Source: Nymphaea colorata
Taxonomy: Eukaryota
Length of the DNA stretch: 64,000 nucleotides
Assembly: GCF_008831285.2 (NCBI RefSeq)
Contig: NC_045138.2
Coordinates: 16,988,001-17,052,000 of the forward strand
Direction: 5' to 3'
In this document: one piece after another, positions 12,384 to 24,412 of the stretch
Numbering within the stretch: position 1 is the first letter of the stretch
How the letters are laid out: each line of letters starts with the position of its first letter
Position numbers and translations under genes: made by a program
Notes under the pieces: model-generated
Database searches by the model: none
Told to the model about the DNA's origin: nothing
The model's input: the letters and a program-made list of their open reading frames with translations, nothing else

Positions 12384-13554
12384 CACTTTTGAACTTGTGG
12401 TATAAGTTAATGAAGTACGATTGGTATGAACTAGAGGCTGGATTTTTTTTTAATGTAGAGGATGATATTTTAGGTTAAAATATTTATGGCAATTGAATTT
12501 TCATGGAGAAAACCTGGCCCTGCTGTACTTGGAAAACTTAAGCGTTGAATCCCTTGAAGTCAATGACGTAGAATTTCCAGAGAGCCAAAAAAAAATCACG
12601 AAAACTGTGTTCTGTACAGAGCATATTTTATAGTCCATTTTGGTAAGAATAGATGCTTGAAAGATGTCTCTTTAGTAGATATACAAATTTTCAAGTTGAG
12701 CATATTCATTACAAATGTAGGTTGATCATATCTAATCATTTAAATACCATCCAAGTGCTACTTCTTATAAAATCAAACATTTCTTTTATATATATAGAAC
12801 ATGAGACATCTTGATAAACAAATGGATGGAGGAAATATATATATTACATGACCATTAACTATAATTTATGATGCAGTAACAAGTCATGGTATTAACAACT
12901 AATTATGGTATTTTATAAATTGATTTTTAATTTTTAGGCATTTGACAACATCTAGAAGATGATAGAATTCTCCTATATTTGTCATAACATTATACGGATA
13001 ATGTTCATCATTTTCTTATGTATATCATAATATGACACGAATAAAGCTCGTCCTTTTCTTAGTTAATTGTCATGCCCACTTAGTTGTATATAAATATACA
13101 ATAATACCAAAGAATGGATGGGATTACACCTTATCTATGAGTTGGCATTCCTAACTATTCCGGTCAATAAAGACGCTACGCTAAAGGAGAAAAAGGAAGC
13201 CCACTACATTATTCGTATAATCCAACTCTATAATTAATTAAAGCATTTATCGCCAAGTAGAGAACATCAAGTGGGCTCGGAGTCGGAGGTGATCACAAAT
13301 GGAGGGTTAGGTCGCACCGTCATAACTAAGAGGGTTCCCCCTTCGAGCCCCACTAAGATCACACCCACTTCTTATTTGCGTATGGAGATAAGAAAGCATT
13401 AAGCATATGCCTTTAAATTAAAAAATGTATATATAAAGAAAAGTCAATTTGTTTAGTTAGTCAAACAGAATTTTGCAATCAACCATAAATGCATTTAAAA
13501 ACAGCTTTCAACATGATAATCTAGATTTCCAGTTGCTAGTTTGATTCTGCGGAC

Positions 13555-13640
13555 CCCAAGAGGTTGGTTGTAGCTGGTCAGATTAGCAACTAGTAGAAGG
13601 CCCTGGTTCGATTCTCATGGGTGTCAACTCCCTGTGTATG
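13555..13640 (+). mobile_element. SINE-like head with Pol III B-box
   Basis: ccccaagaggttgg...tagctggtcaga...ggttcgattctcatgggtgtcaac; the ctcatggg-gtcaac tail is shared with family A. Confidence 0.45.
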
Positions 13641-14265
13641 TCAATGCAATCCTAAACTCTAAATTACAAACCCTAAACCTATAAATTCATCTGTTTCGAC
13701 TCGTGAACGCGGCCTCGGGATCGGCTCCTAAGGTTGAAAATTTTGTTCATGCATCGCTATCAAGATTCTATGGTACATGAATTCAATATCCAAGTTGCAC
13801 CAGCTATGTCTCATAATGCTAATGGCATGAGTAGCTAGATTGAATAACTTCATACACTGTAGATGTTTGACAATATGATGCGCATCGTGTACGTGTGAGC
13901 TGCAATATTAATGCCACATTGAAGATGGGTTGTTCATTCTGATGACAAAAGGTATCCATGTTCCTCATGTCCCTTTCACCTGAGCCACGCTCCTTCTTTT
14001 AATTGCATACCACACAAGACAAAAGGCTATATAAACCATACGCATCGGTTTCCTTAGTGGGCAGATGTTCACTAAGGAGTTGAAGCTAAGGAGTTAGGAC
14101 AACTAGGGAAGACCCTAAATAGTTGGTGGCTGGTTGAGAGTTCAAAGCAATGAATTTCTTTGCAACTAAACAAGTCTCAACCTCGTCATTTTGCTCGCGG
14201 AGTTTTCACAAACTAGAGATTCGGGTTTGACCTCTATTCAATTAAGAAGATGAAGCCCCTTCCAC

Positions 14266-14684
14266 TAGGCGTGAACATCGAGAGCTCGACTTGTGAATGA
14301 GTTTGAGCTGAGTCATTTGCTTAACGAGTCGAGTTCGAGTTCATGAGTCGACTCGTTCAAACAATCGAGTTGAGTTCGAGCTCAACACGTAACTGCCGAG
14401 TCGAGTTGTCGAGCCTTAATCAAGTCGATATATTCAAATGAGTTTACGAGTTTGTCGAGCCTTAATCGAGTTGAGCTCGAGCTCAACACGTAACGATGAA
14501 TATCAATTCTATTCAAACGAGTTTGTCGAGCCTTAGTCAAGTCGAGCTCGAGTTCAACACATAACTGTCGAGTCGAGCTCAAGCTGCTTCCATCGAGCTA
14601 TTCTCGAGCTCAACGTTTCATTAGTCGACAAGCCGAGCTCCAGCTGACTAAACTCGAGCTCGACTCGGCTCGTGTTCACCCCTA
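14266..14684. mobile_element. hAT-like MITE (cgagc/ctcga-rich family), copy 1
   Basis: TIRs taggcgtgaaca / tgttcaccccta; imperfect 8-bp flanks ccttccac / tctcccac; collinear with 51697-52135. Confidence 0.85.
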
Positions 14685-17341
14685 TCTCCCACCCCTGCCA
14701 TTTGGGTGGCTACCTGGGTCTTCATCGACGTATGGGGCGGGGGTAGCGTAAAGTCAATTTGCTACTACTCTCTGCGTCATTGACCCAGGGGCATAACACC
14801 CATGGAGATCGAACTGATGACTCAGTTATGCCACTTGGGGCATCAAAGAAGAGATTGACCCAAGTTAAACTTAACAACCTCGGAACTGAAGGAGGTCAGG
14901 AGTTCAATATTTAAAGTATGTTGGCGCAATTTGGTAGAAAGTTTGCCTAACCCCAACTTATCAGTCAACAAAATATCATCTTTTTTGAATGGGTGGTAGG
15001 ATTTATTGTAAGCTTATGAAGGTCATGGGGTTGCTTTGGGGCAACCAATAGTTAAAGAACTTAGTGGAATACTGGAATCTTAGGGTTTTATATGAAACAA
15101 GGAAAGTTTTGTATTCTTGTTAAAGCCTACCACCTTTTTCCTTTTTCTCTTTTGTTTTATACCTTGATAGGAAATGGCATCTTCCTTTTAAAAAAATTGA
15201 AGAGATGGTCTATAAAGCGACGAGTGCAGCACCTTGTTGCCAACAACCTTCGCCATACAAATGCCAGGGAAGCTTCTTGAGATTCTCTGTGTGAAGGGGA
15301 ATGGGAAAAATTAAATGAAAAACGAATCGCTTCAACAAACTTTGTCCTTCGAGGAGAAAAAATAAAAGATCTTGCATTCCTCTTTCTGTTTCTCTTTTCA
15401 AAGTTTAAAATAATTCAGTTGAGTTCTTGTAAGGTCTGAACCAAGACCAAGCAACTCCAAGAATGCTGACCTCATGTCATGCTTGTTACTCAAACAAAGG
15501 ACGCATTGTTTCGAGAACAGCAATTTTAAGAACAATAGTTCAAAAGTAGTCTCAAAAAGCATTTGGTAAGAGGAACATTATGCTATTGAAATACATGTTC
15601 ACCTACTATATGATTTACCAATTAACACCATGTCTTCGTTTGAGAACATATGATGCAACTATGTTTGATTATCCTTTTTATGTTTGGAAAAATAAATGCC
15701 AGACAATTATGCCCTGTTTAAATGGAGGTAAAGGATGTTCATCCCTGTCTCCTTTCCCTCCCATTTCCTTTCATTTCCCTCCATCCAAACGTGGCTTAGA
15801 GACAAATTATCCCTACTAAGTTGAGACAATGCCTTGAAAAAGTGGAAATATTTTCAAATATAAAAAAGTTAATGACAGGAAAAAAAAAGGATAAAAATGA
15901 ATATGAAACTGCAAAAGTTGCCCTCAACTTACCAATTCATGAAGAAGAAACTTTAGATATAACCAATCATATAAAAAAAATAAAAATTCCCAACTTCAGA
16001 GTTTCCAGTTAAATTGCCAAAGTTTCATTGGTGCACAATTAGATTGGAGTACCATTTTGGGAAATTAGAGATTGAGTGCAGTTTGGAAATTTGAAAAAAG
16101 GGGTTGGAGGGGTTTTACTTTTACACATTGACCAACTTGGCAGGTTTGGTTTGGAGAGTGATGGAGGGAATTGCTCTTAGTGTTTGTTATATTCATGTGG
16201 ATGTATGACCCACAACCAACAATCAAGGCACAAAAATTGTAGACTCTTCTTCCTGGCAGACCTCCTCACCCCTTTCTTCAAGGGCACCTGATCATGTGCT
16301 TTTAGTTATGAGGCCAATCAAATATCCTGCTTTATCCCGTTTTTCCCGGATAAAGTGGTGGTATATCCCGAAATCCAAAACTTTTCTACTGCCTTGCTAC
16401 TCTGTTTTTCTCCCTTTTAAAATAGGACTAGATTTTTCAAGTAGACGCATACATTCAACCGTTGGATCTGATTTGCAAACCCTGCGATCTGGATCGGACC
16501 CAGTTTTGGTACCAAAAGATCTGGAGAGGTAGTCTAGTCAGGTCTGATCTGTACACAGGTTGGATTTGGTTCAAGTAAACAACTGGATTCCGCTTGAACG
16601 AGTTTTTCGGCCTCAGTGGATCACTCTAGCCAGGACTCGGACCAGGACCCGATCTTAAATTAGAAAACGAGCAAAATCGTCAAAGACCGTTCACCCATTT
16701 ACGTCATTTTACAGGTAGGCCGAGGTCTGTTGAGCTACCGCTTTGGATCAGATCTGGTAACGGTCTCAATCCCTCGATCTCGCACGTCCTTGTCCAGATC
16801 CAGATCTGGTATCACTTTCTTGGCCTCTTCCCCGAAAACGTTCGCCATTCTTAGCAGCCTTTGGAACCAAATCCCGAGAAAAACAAAGAGTTCTTGAAGC
16901 TTCAAAAATGGAAAAAAAAAGGGGGAGAAACTACAAGACACGCGATAAAAAGAAAACTTCACGACATAATAACGTGGAAACTGAAATTAACGGGGATAGA
17001 GGGGGGGAAGGGCGTGTTTGGAATTACGCGGAAAGGGCAAGGCCAATAAAGTCATCGGAAATTTGAATGAAGACGCGCTCGACGTCCCTTTCTGTTTTTG
17101 GACGCTGGATTGTTCGTGTTCCCACGCGAGCGAGGAGAGAGAAAGTAGAGAGAGAAAGTGAAAGAGGGGGTGGGGCCGGGGAGAGAGAGAGAGGGGAGGG
17201 TCGCGATTCACGGGGCCAGGCGGGGGCCCAATAAATACGATCCCGCGCGCGACTTTCGAACTTCTCTTTCTCTTCTCTCCCTTTCTCTCTCTACAGTCGG
17301 TGCAACGAGACAGACTGCCCGCACTGACCACCGGTGGTGGG

Positions 17342-17350
17342 TTAGGGTTT
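17342..17350 (+). promoter_or_regulatory. Telo-box (ttagggttt) in the 5' leader region of the WVD2-like gene
   Basis: Exact motif within the GC/CT-rich island at ~17160-17570 that marks the probable TSS and first non-coding exon. Confidence 0.4.
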
Positions 17351-18959
17351 CCAGAGTGACGCCGTCAACTTCCCCACCATTTCCCTCTCCTTCCCTCTGC
17401 CTACCTCTTTCGCTCTCTCTCTCTCTTTCCTCTGTGTGCTTATATTTGACTTCCCGGGCGCTTGCTTGAGGGGTAGGTCAGTGGTGCGGCGGAGCTTCTG
17501 GCGGAGGAGGAGGACGATGACGGTGATCGGCGATTAAGGCGGAGGTTCTTTTGAGGATCCATTTGACGGTGAGGAGTGGCTCGTTTCGACGTGCTCTTAG
17601 CTGTCCGCTTTCTGTCTTTGACCGAGCTAGGATGTTTCCCGGGTTTTAGGGAAATTGGCGTTCTCTGTGGCGTGTGCAGGGTGTTTTTTTTTTTATTGTG
17701 TTGTATGGGGAGATCCCTTTGGAGGCGAGGTTTCGGCTCGGGTTTTGGTTGCGTTTTCTGCTAACGCCCTTTCTTCGCCACGAGCTGATAGCTTTTCTAT
17801 CCTTTTTTTTTTGGCGGAGAAAATCGGCGGGAACGGGTGTTTTCCGTCCCGCTCTTTCAACGGAAAAAATCAGTGGGGTTCGTGTTTGTTGAACTTATCT
17901 GTTGTTGCTTTCTCCGTTTCTCGTGAAAATTTTCGTTTTGCTTGTTTATTTCTTCTGTTAGTGGCAACTATGGATTCTCCCTCTGTCTTCTATTTAACAA
18001 GATCTACTTGTCCGTATTTTTATTCGTAAGCCTTTTCGCTGCATTTTTTTTTATTTGTCTAATCTGTGTAAATGACAGTAAAGTTATTTGGGTTTGGAAT
18101 TTTTCTATATTTTGTTCTAGCTTGACGGCTATGTTCTTCAGCCTCTCTTTGTTTCTAATGTTTCCGTAAATTCTCTCTCTTAAACTTATACCATCCTTTT
18201 TTACAAGTGGGTGACGGAAAACCAAGCCGTCCAGGTTGTACATCCTTCTCCCATGGCTGCTCTGTCTATAGTCACAAGCGTTTGTTTGGTTGGAATAGTT
18301 TCCTCCTCCTATGTAATTTCCTGGCCTATCACGGTGGCTATTACTGTGTGCTTTTCTCGTCGCAATGTTCGACATGATTAACTGACGAAAGCCTTTAAAT
18401 TTTTTCCTTAATTGGTCATTGATTACTGAACTAGTTCTGTACCAGCCAATTAGTGATATTTAATTGTCTCTGTGCTACCTTTTGGATTTGGTACACTTTC
18501 AATCACTCTTATTTGCTTGTGAAACAAAGAAGTACCCATATATCCTTTGCATGCTTTAGCTTTTATTTGCTGATAGGTTTCTCTTTGTTTGGAAAGTCAA
18601 ACAGCAAGCCATTTGGTGCTTGCGTTATTTTTACGGTTAATTCGTGTCTCCTTTTTTCCTTGTGATAAAAAAGAAAAGGCCGAATGGTTAGCGGTTGTTC
18701 ATCTTGAGGACTGTTGCATGTTTTTACGTCATACTTGGATTACTGTGAAGAAGGGATCTTCTTAGATGAATTGCATGCAGTAAACTGTCTTTGTTTTGTC
18801 ACTATTGCTTGCCGCTTTCTTCTTTATGCAATAGATAGGAATTGTTGTAAGCTGTTACTGGTCTTTTTTGTGGTTGTTTTATTTTTAATAACAACAATGA
18901 CATGAACTTTGTTTTTTTTCCTTGTCAGAAATCAGTTAGAAAATATAATATTTTTTCTT

Positions 18960-19103
18960 TATATGTTGTTGAAGTCTTTAATGTTAGACAAGCATCCATT
19001 GTTATGCTCCTTTGCAATTTAAGAAAATAGAATATCTTTCCGTTATATGTTGTTGAAGTCTTTCATGTTAGACAAGCATCCATCGTTGTGCTTTCTGCAA
19101 TTT
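18960..19103. repeat. Direct duplication of ~60 bp within the 5' UTR intron
   Basis: tatatgttgttgaagtcttt-atgttagacaagcatccat occurs at ~18960 and ~19044. Confidence 0.9.
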
Positions 19104-20534
19104 GAAGCCAAATTCTTGTTTTCTAGTTTTGTTCTTCTTTGTTAAGGTTGTTGTTACAAGCAGTATATTGGATCTCTTGTTTAGTTCAAAATTTAACTTC
19201 TGCATGTGCCTACGGGTGAACAAGTGCAATAGGCCGCATAACTAGATTTTTTTTCCCTTATTCAATGTTGAAATATTTTGAGACAATTGATGAAGAGCCC
19301 ATCCTTGACTTCAAGCCTTGTCACCTTCCAAAAAGATTGTGGAATAGTATCTTGTTGTTTGTGTCACAGAAATAGTAAAAATATAATGTGACTGATGATC
19401 CTTGATTTTGATAGTTGAGGTTATAAATTTTGGGTTTACAGTGAGTAGAGAGTTAATTAACCATCCCATGTACAAAGCCAGAATTGATGGATTTGTGAAT
19501 TTGTGAAGGTCTATCTGCTGGATCTCATTAGTTTTAAACTGGTAAGTAGAAATTGTAAGCATCTCCAGATTGCAAGTTCTTGGACCAACAAGTGTGAGGT
19601 CAGACCTGAATTTCTACTGGTATATTGAAATATATTAGTGTGAAAGGAATGGTGTGATTGTCTTGTAGTTACAGTTAAAATTAGGTTGCTTGTTGTGGGA
19701 TGGAATATGGATATAGGCAAAAATATTAAAGAGAGACAGCTAAGTGGAAACCATGTTTCTACCTTATATGCCGACACCTAAGAGGAGGTCAGGGGGGTTG
19801 GGAAAGATGGTGGAAATGAGAGGGGGAAAAAAGAGTGGGGTGGGGGGAGTGATGGAGGGGTTTTTTCATAAATGGGTGAGATATAGTCTGAAAGATTAAT
19901 CTCTTTATGGACAGTTCAGGTCTTCTGCTGTTTATCCTGAGTTTTTAAGTAATAAAGTTGTTTACATTCAAATAATACACAATTATGAAGCTTGTCAGAA
20001 AATGTTAAATAAAAATAAAGTAGCAATTATTTGGCTAAAGAAATAGTTGAAGACATTTCTCTTTAGCTTTCATGTGCGGAATGGACCTTAGATGGTATAT
20101 GTATTTGTTGAATGTGGCTGTAGGCGAGAGATAGCTTACCATGGATAATCTGCTTTGACTGCCCACTTTCCTCTCAGTTACAAGGAATCTTGATCTGAAT
20201 TGTTTGACTGTTCATGTTGAGCTTCCTGTAGGCTAACCTTCTAACAGTGCACATGCTGTCTTCACTGATACTTGGTTGTCAGACTCTCTTAATGGGCTTC
20301 TAAAGACATGACCTATCATTGTGGACTGAGCAGTTTAGATCTTGAGAAACTTATGTTCACCATGTCCTGTGCCATTATGTGCTGTAGATTTTTTTTTTCT
20401 GGACATTTTCCCTGTGTGTGTGTTTTTTTCATGGTTAAGTTGCTAGAGTGTGCTAATTGTTTCCGCTAACTGGTGTCTTCCTCTTCTAATAACAGGATAT
20501 TATTCTCCAGTGTTTCTCAACGATAGAATACAAT

Positions 20535-22575
20535 ATGGTCATGGAGGAAAACGAACGGTACCTGCAACCTGTCTGCCCTGTAGAGTCAAGGGATGCAAAC
20601 AAGATGGTTGGTGATGGTCATTCTCCACCAGTACACGTCCAATCATTAAAGATTGAAATTGAGGGCACTGTTTCTGTCAAAGTTGATTCTTTGTGCATTG
20701 AAAATGAGAACCACGAACAAGATACTGCAAAAGATATAGTCTCTGAGAAACATTCAACTTGCCAAGCAAGAGCAGAAGAGACTGGGATAACTAAACCTGT
20801 ATCTTGTGGAAATCATAAAAAGTTGTCGTCCCCTATAAATGGTATGCAAGACTAGATATGTTGCATGAAGGAAATCATTTCCATACTTGCATAACCATCT
20901 GCAATATCCTTCCTTTTGTGCAGATAATGCTAGAAATGTTCAAACAAACCGCACTATCCCCAGCCCGTTTTCATTGGAGACTGAAAAGCGTGCAGTTAAT
21001 GGTAGTAAGTCTGCCTATGTTCACTCAGCCCCTATGAATGCGGATCGATCACCATCAAATTCATATGGTCAGATGTCTTCGATGGGACCAAAGAAGACTC
21101 AGGTACTCCCTCTGGTTTTTAGTCATGTGAACAATTGTGGTAATTTTATTGTTCCAAGGCGTACTCTTTTTTTTTTTTGGGGGGGGGGGGAGAGGGAGAT
21201 TACACAAGCACATATGTGCTATATAAATGATAGCTTGGATACTTTTTAATTGACTTTATTTGGATGGTTTTCATGGTCTTGTTTGTGTTAAAGCCAATAT
21301 CACCTACCATGTCAAGGAAGTTACCACACGAGTCTGCAAAGTCGCCTGATGATGAAGACACTTGCTCCATTGCATCGTATCCTTGACTTGCCTACAGGAA
21401 CAAACACTCACATCTGGCTATATTTATAAAAGGTGTTTCTTGTGCTTTTTCACAATTCTTTAACATTGTATAGAACCACAGCATCAATTAGATCATCAAG
21501 AACCAGAGCATATGTGCCATCTGCGCCTACTTTTCGGTGCTCCGAACGTGCGGAGAAGCGAAAAGAGGTAACATTTCTTTACCCTTAATTGAAATTGGTT
21601 TCTAATCAGATAATTCTTTTCGGAATACTACAATTGTTTGCTTAATTTGACAGTTTTATGCCAAGTTAGAGGAGAGACAGCAGGCTTTACAGGCAGAGAA
21701 AAGCGAGAAAGAAGCTAAGGCCAAGGTATGAGTGACTGTTCATCTTTTAAGGTACACTTTTGCAGTCTGTCGAAGGTGGAAGCTGAATGCCTTATTTTTA
21801 GTATTCATTTTATTCCCTGAAGCTTCTCATAGCTATTAGCCCTGGCTAAATAAGCAAAGCTAATGTTGCAGGAGGCAGAAGAAGCAAGACTAAAAGAGCT
21901 TAGAAAGAGTTTGACATTTAGAGCTAATCCTGTTCCTAGCTTCTATTACGAGGGCCCCCCTCCCAAGGTTGAACTTAAAAAGGTATGAAGATGTACTCCA
22001 TGTTCTCCAGAGAACTACCTGTCGATGTGATATTTTCTTGAAGTGCAAGTCTTTATCTTAATAATAATTAATAAGTAATTATAACAATAAATTCCAGAAT
22101 TATATGTTCATCTTTACTTTGAACATTATTGTCATTCTTTTGAAAATAAATGTAGGGGGTCTAACCCCCAGCAAGGCGTTTCATTGGTGCTTTGAACACA
22201 ATTTATTATTTCCTGTCTTTTGTGTGCTTCTAAGTTTATTGAGTTCAACCTCACTTGCAGACCCCTCCAACCCGTGCGAAGTCACCGAAGTTTAGCAGGC
22301 GAAAAAGCTGTGATGCAGTCAGCTCAACACCATCCCATTCCGAAAATAAGGCATCTTATGTGAGGGTTACCCGCCACAGTACGGGTAGCTATAAGAATTC
22401 TGGCAGCTCGGTCGAAAATGATAAGTGTTGCAGCAACACCAAGGCTTCTTGCAAAGATAGAAGCGGGAGCAAAGCTGTAGAGAACGGGAAACTGACCCCT
22501 TTGAAGGTTTCGGGACAGGGGAACATAAATGCTTCTGCTGGTGCTGTTGTGAAGGATGTAGTGGTGCAGTCTTGA
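20535..22575 (+). CDS. WDL: WVD2-like / TPX2-domain microtubule-associated protein (386 aa, 7 coding exons)
   Basis: Exons 20535-20841, 20924-21102, 21294-21376, 21474-21567, 21654-21725, 21872-21982, 22261-22575 (1161 nt, phases close). Motifs [32 protein letters not shown] (KLEEK-like), [37 protein letters not shown]. Probable leader exon ~17300-17568 and ~2.9-kb 5' UTR intron ending at 20495. Confidence 0.93.
21377..21473 (+). other. U12-type (minor spliceosome) GT-AG intron
   Basis: 5' site GTATCCTT; branch point TTCTTTAAC ending 9 nt before the end of the intron (TAG acceptor); no polypyrimidine tract between them; splicing restores the frame (TC|A). Confidence 0.88.
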
Positions 22576-24285
22576 GGTTTTTTTTTCTTTTATGAGCAAA
22601 GTGAATTGTTTGGATCTGTCTCTGGTATGTGAATGTTGGTAATGCGCATAATTTAGCGGCAGCCGTTGAGTGCGTATACAAACTACGAGACTCTTCTGAA
22701 AGATGTAAATTCTGTAAGCTATGTGTGTGCCTATATACAAGTGTTTGTGTGACTATCTTCCCTTACTGATCGCAAGATTTGGACACGTTCTTCCGTTATA
22801 ACTACGTATGACATGATGGTTTCAAAGTATATAAACATTTGGTTTCTAGATATCTAGACATTTTCATTCCTTAATTCTCACCACGGTCAGCCGAGGCATG
22901 AAAATGTGAGTTTATAGATATATGATCCTTGCCCATTCCTGCATCTTCTTCTTTTAAGCTACTCTTTTGCAGTAGTATTGTCCAGAGAATTTGTCTATTT
23001 TCAGATGCAACATGAGCTTAAGGTTGTTAGGTTAGTATTTGTCTCAGGTTATGGATTCTTGTCATTCATTATACTCCTAGATTTGTGTGTGTATTCTTAA
23101 ACTGAAATTGGAATTGGGTTTTGTTTTTATCCTCGCGTTTGCATAGGACTGAGAAAAATGACTTTGGTTTATGGTGATGGGCATGACAGGAACGGTGTCC
23201 AAACCAAAGCCTTGGAAATAACTCTACCCCATCGAATCTGGCTTGTACAAACTTCGGTGAGCGTGAGGGAATCCCACCATGCTATTTTTGCAGTACAAAA
23301 GAGTAGCACTTATAAAATAAAACTAATGCTATTTTTTGCAGTACAAAAGAGGAGTGGGCCAACCAGCCTAAACTCAATTGTCGTATAGAGGCCTTGTTGG
23401 TAGCATGAGTAAAATATAAATTGTCAAGGACACGTCGATTAGGCGCAGAGGAATTTGGAGCTCCGCTGCATTATATTTGAAACTCCAAATTTTCCATCTC
23501 TTAAAGTGCAGGTACACCAAAAAAGCCTCAACTTGCAAGATGATTTTCTCCTCCTTAGAAGGCGGCCTGGTCTAACTAATTTAATTTGCTGCCCTTTTCA
23601 ATGATGCAATACACGTTTAATGACGGCTTTCGTCATTAAAAAAGAAAAACAGCAAGAGGATGGCCGGAAACTTTCTAAGTGCTTGGCACGTTCTGTGCAT
23701 TGACAAACTCTTCTGGTTGCGTCTTCTACATGGCAATCAAAGGATCAGCTTCTCCGTCCATGGCAGCCACGTCCATCTGTTTGACCGTTTTAAAACCCGT
23801 CATGCTCAGGCACTCATCAAAAATCAAAGCTGGCACGTATCACACGATACCTTCTGTATGGATAAACTTCGGAATCGAAAACAATTCGAACTAAGCTCAT
23901 TTTTCTGATGTTTGTATTGTTTTAATTATAAACTCAAAGCAATGAATGGGTATTCATTTGCTGCTATAATTTAGTTAACGTAGAAAAGAAAAGGTGAGGA
24001 GTGGGAAAAGTATTTCATGAACTAATTTTTTCTTTTTTATGAGATACTGAATATGTAGTAGTTAAAAAATTTTCAATTTAGCTTTAGAGTAGTACGTTAT
24101 AACCGGACCCAGGTTCATTGTGGTCCAACATGTAAATTCAAAGGTTTTAGAGTGGGCTCTGTGAGACATACGGCTATAGAGCCCCCACTTATCGCTACCC
24201 TTGGCCCAGAGGAGAGCTGAAACTCCTACTCAACTTTCCATCTCCTTATAGAACAGAATATGCTTTCAGTGTTTCTAAATGCTAC

Positions 24286-24412
24286 CCCCGTCATGCTTCA
24301 ACTTGCGTGTCAGGGATCTTTTTTTTATAGCACAAAGATTTGACACCATGAGAATTTGAAATAGAAATTGACCGCCTATCAGCCTCTGCCTGATTAGTGC
24401 GCCAATTCCTTC
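24286..24412 (-). mobile_element. SINE-like family A (copy 3)
   Basis: Reverse complement gaaggaattggcgcac...gctgataggcggtcaatttc...attctcatggtgtcaaatctttgtg...cgcaagttgaa matches 1042-1173. Confidence 0.55.

Noticed and set aside
14266..14684. CRISPR-like appearance of recurring gagtcgag/ctcgag motifs
   Set aside because: Eukaryotic context, irregular spacing, bounded by TIRs; these are MITE subterminal repeats.
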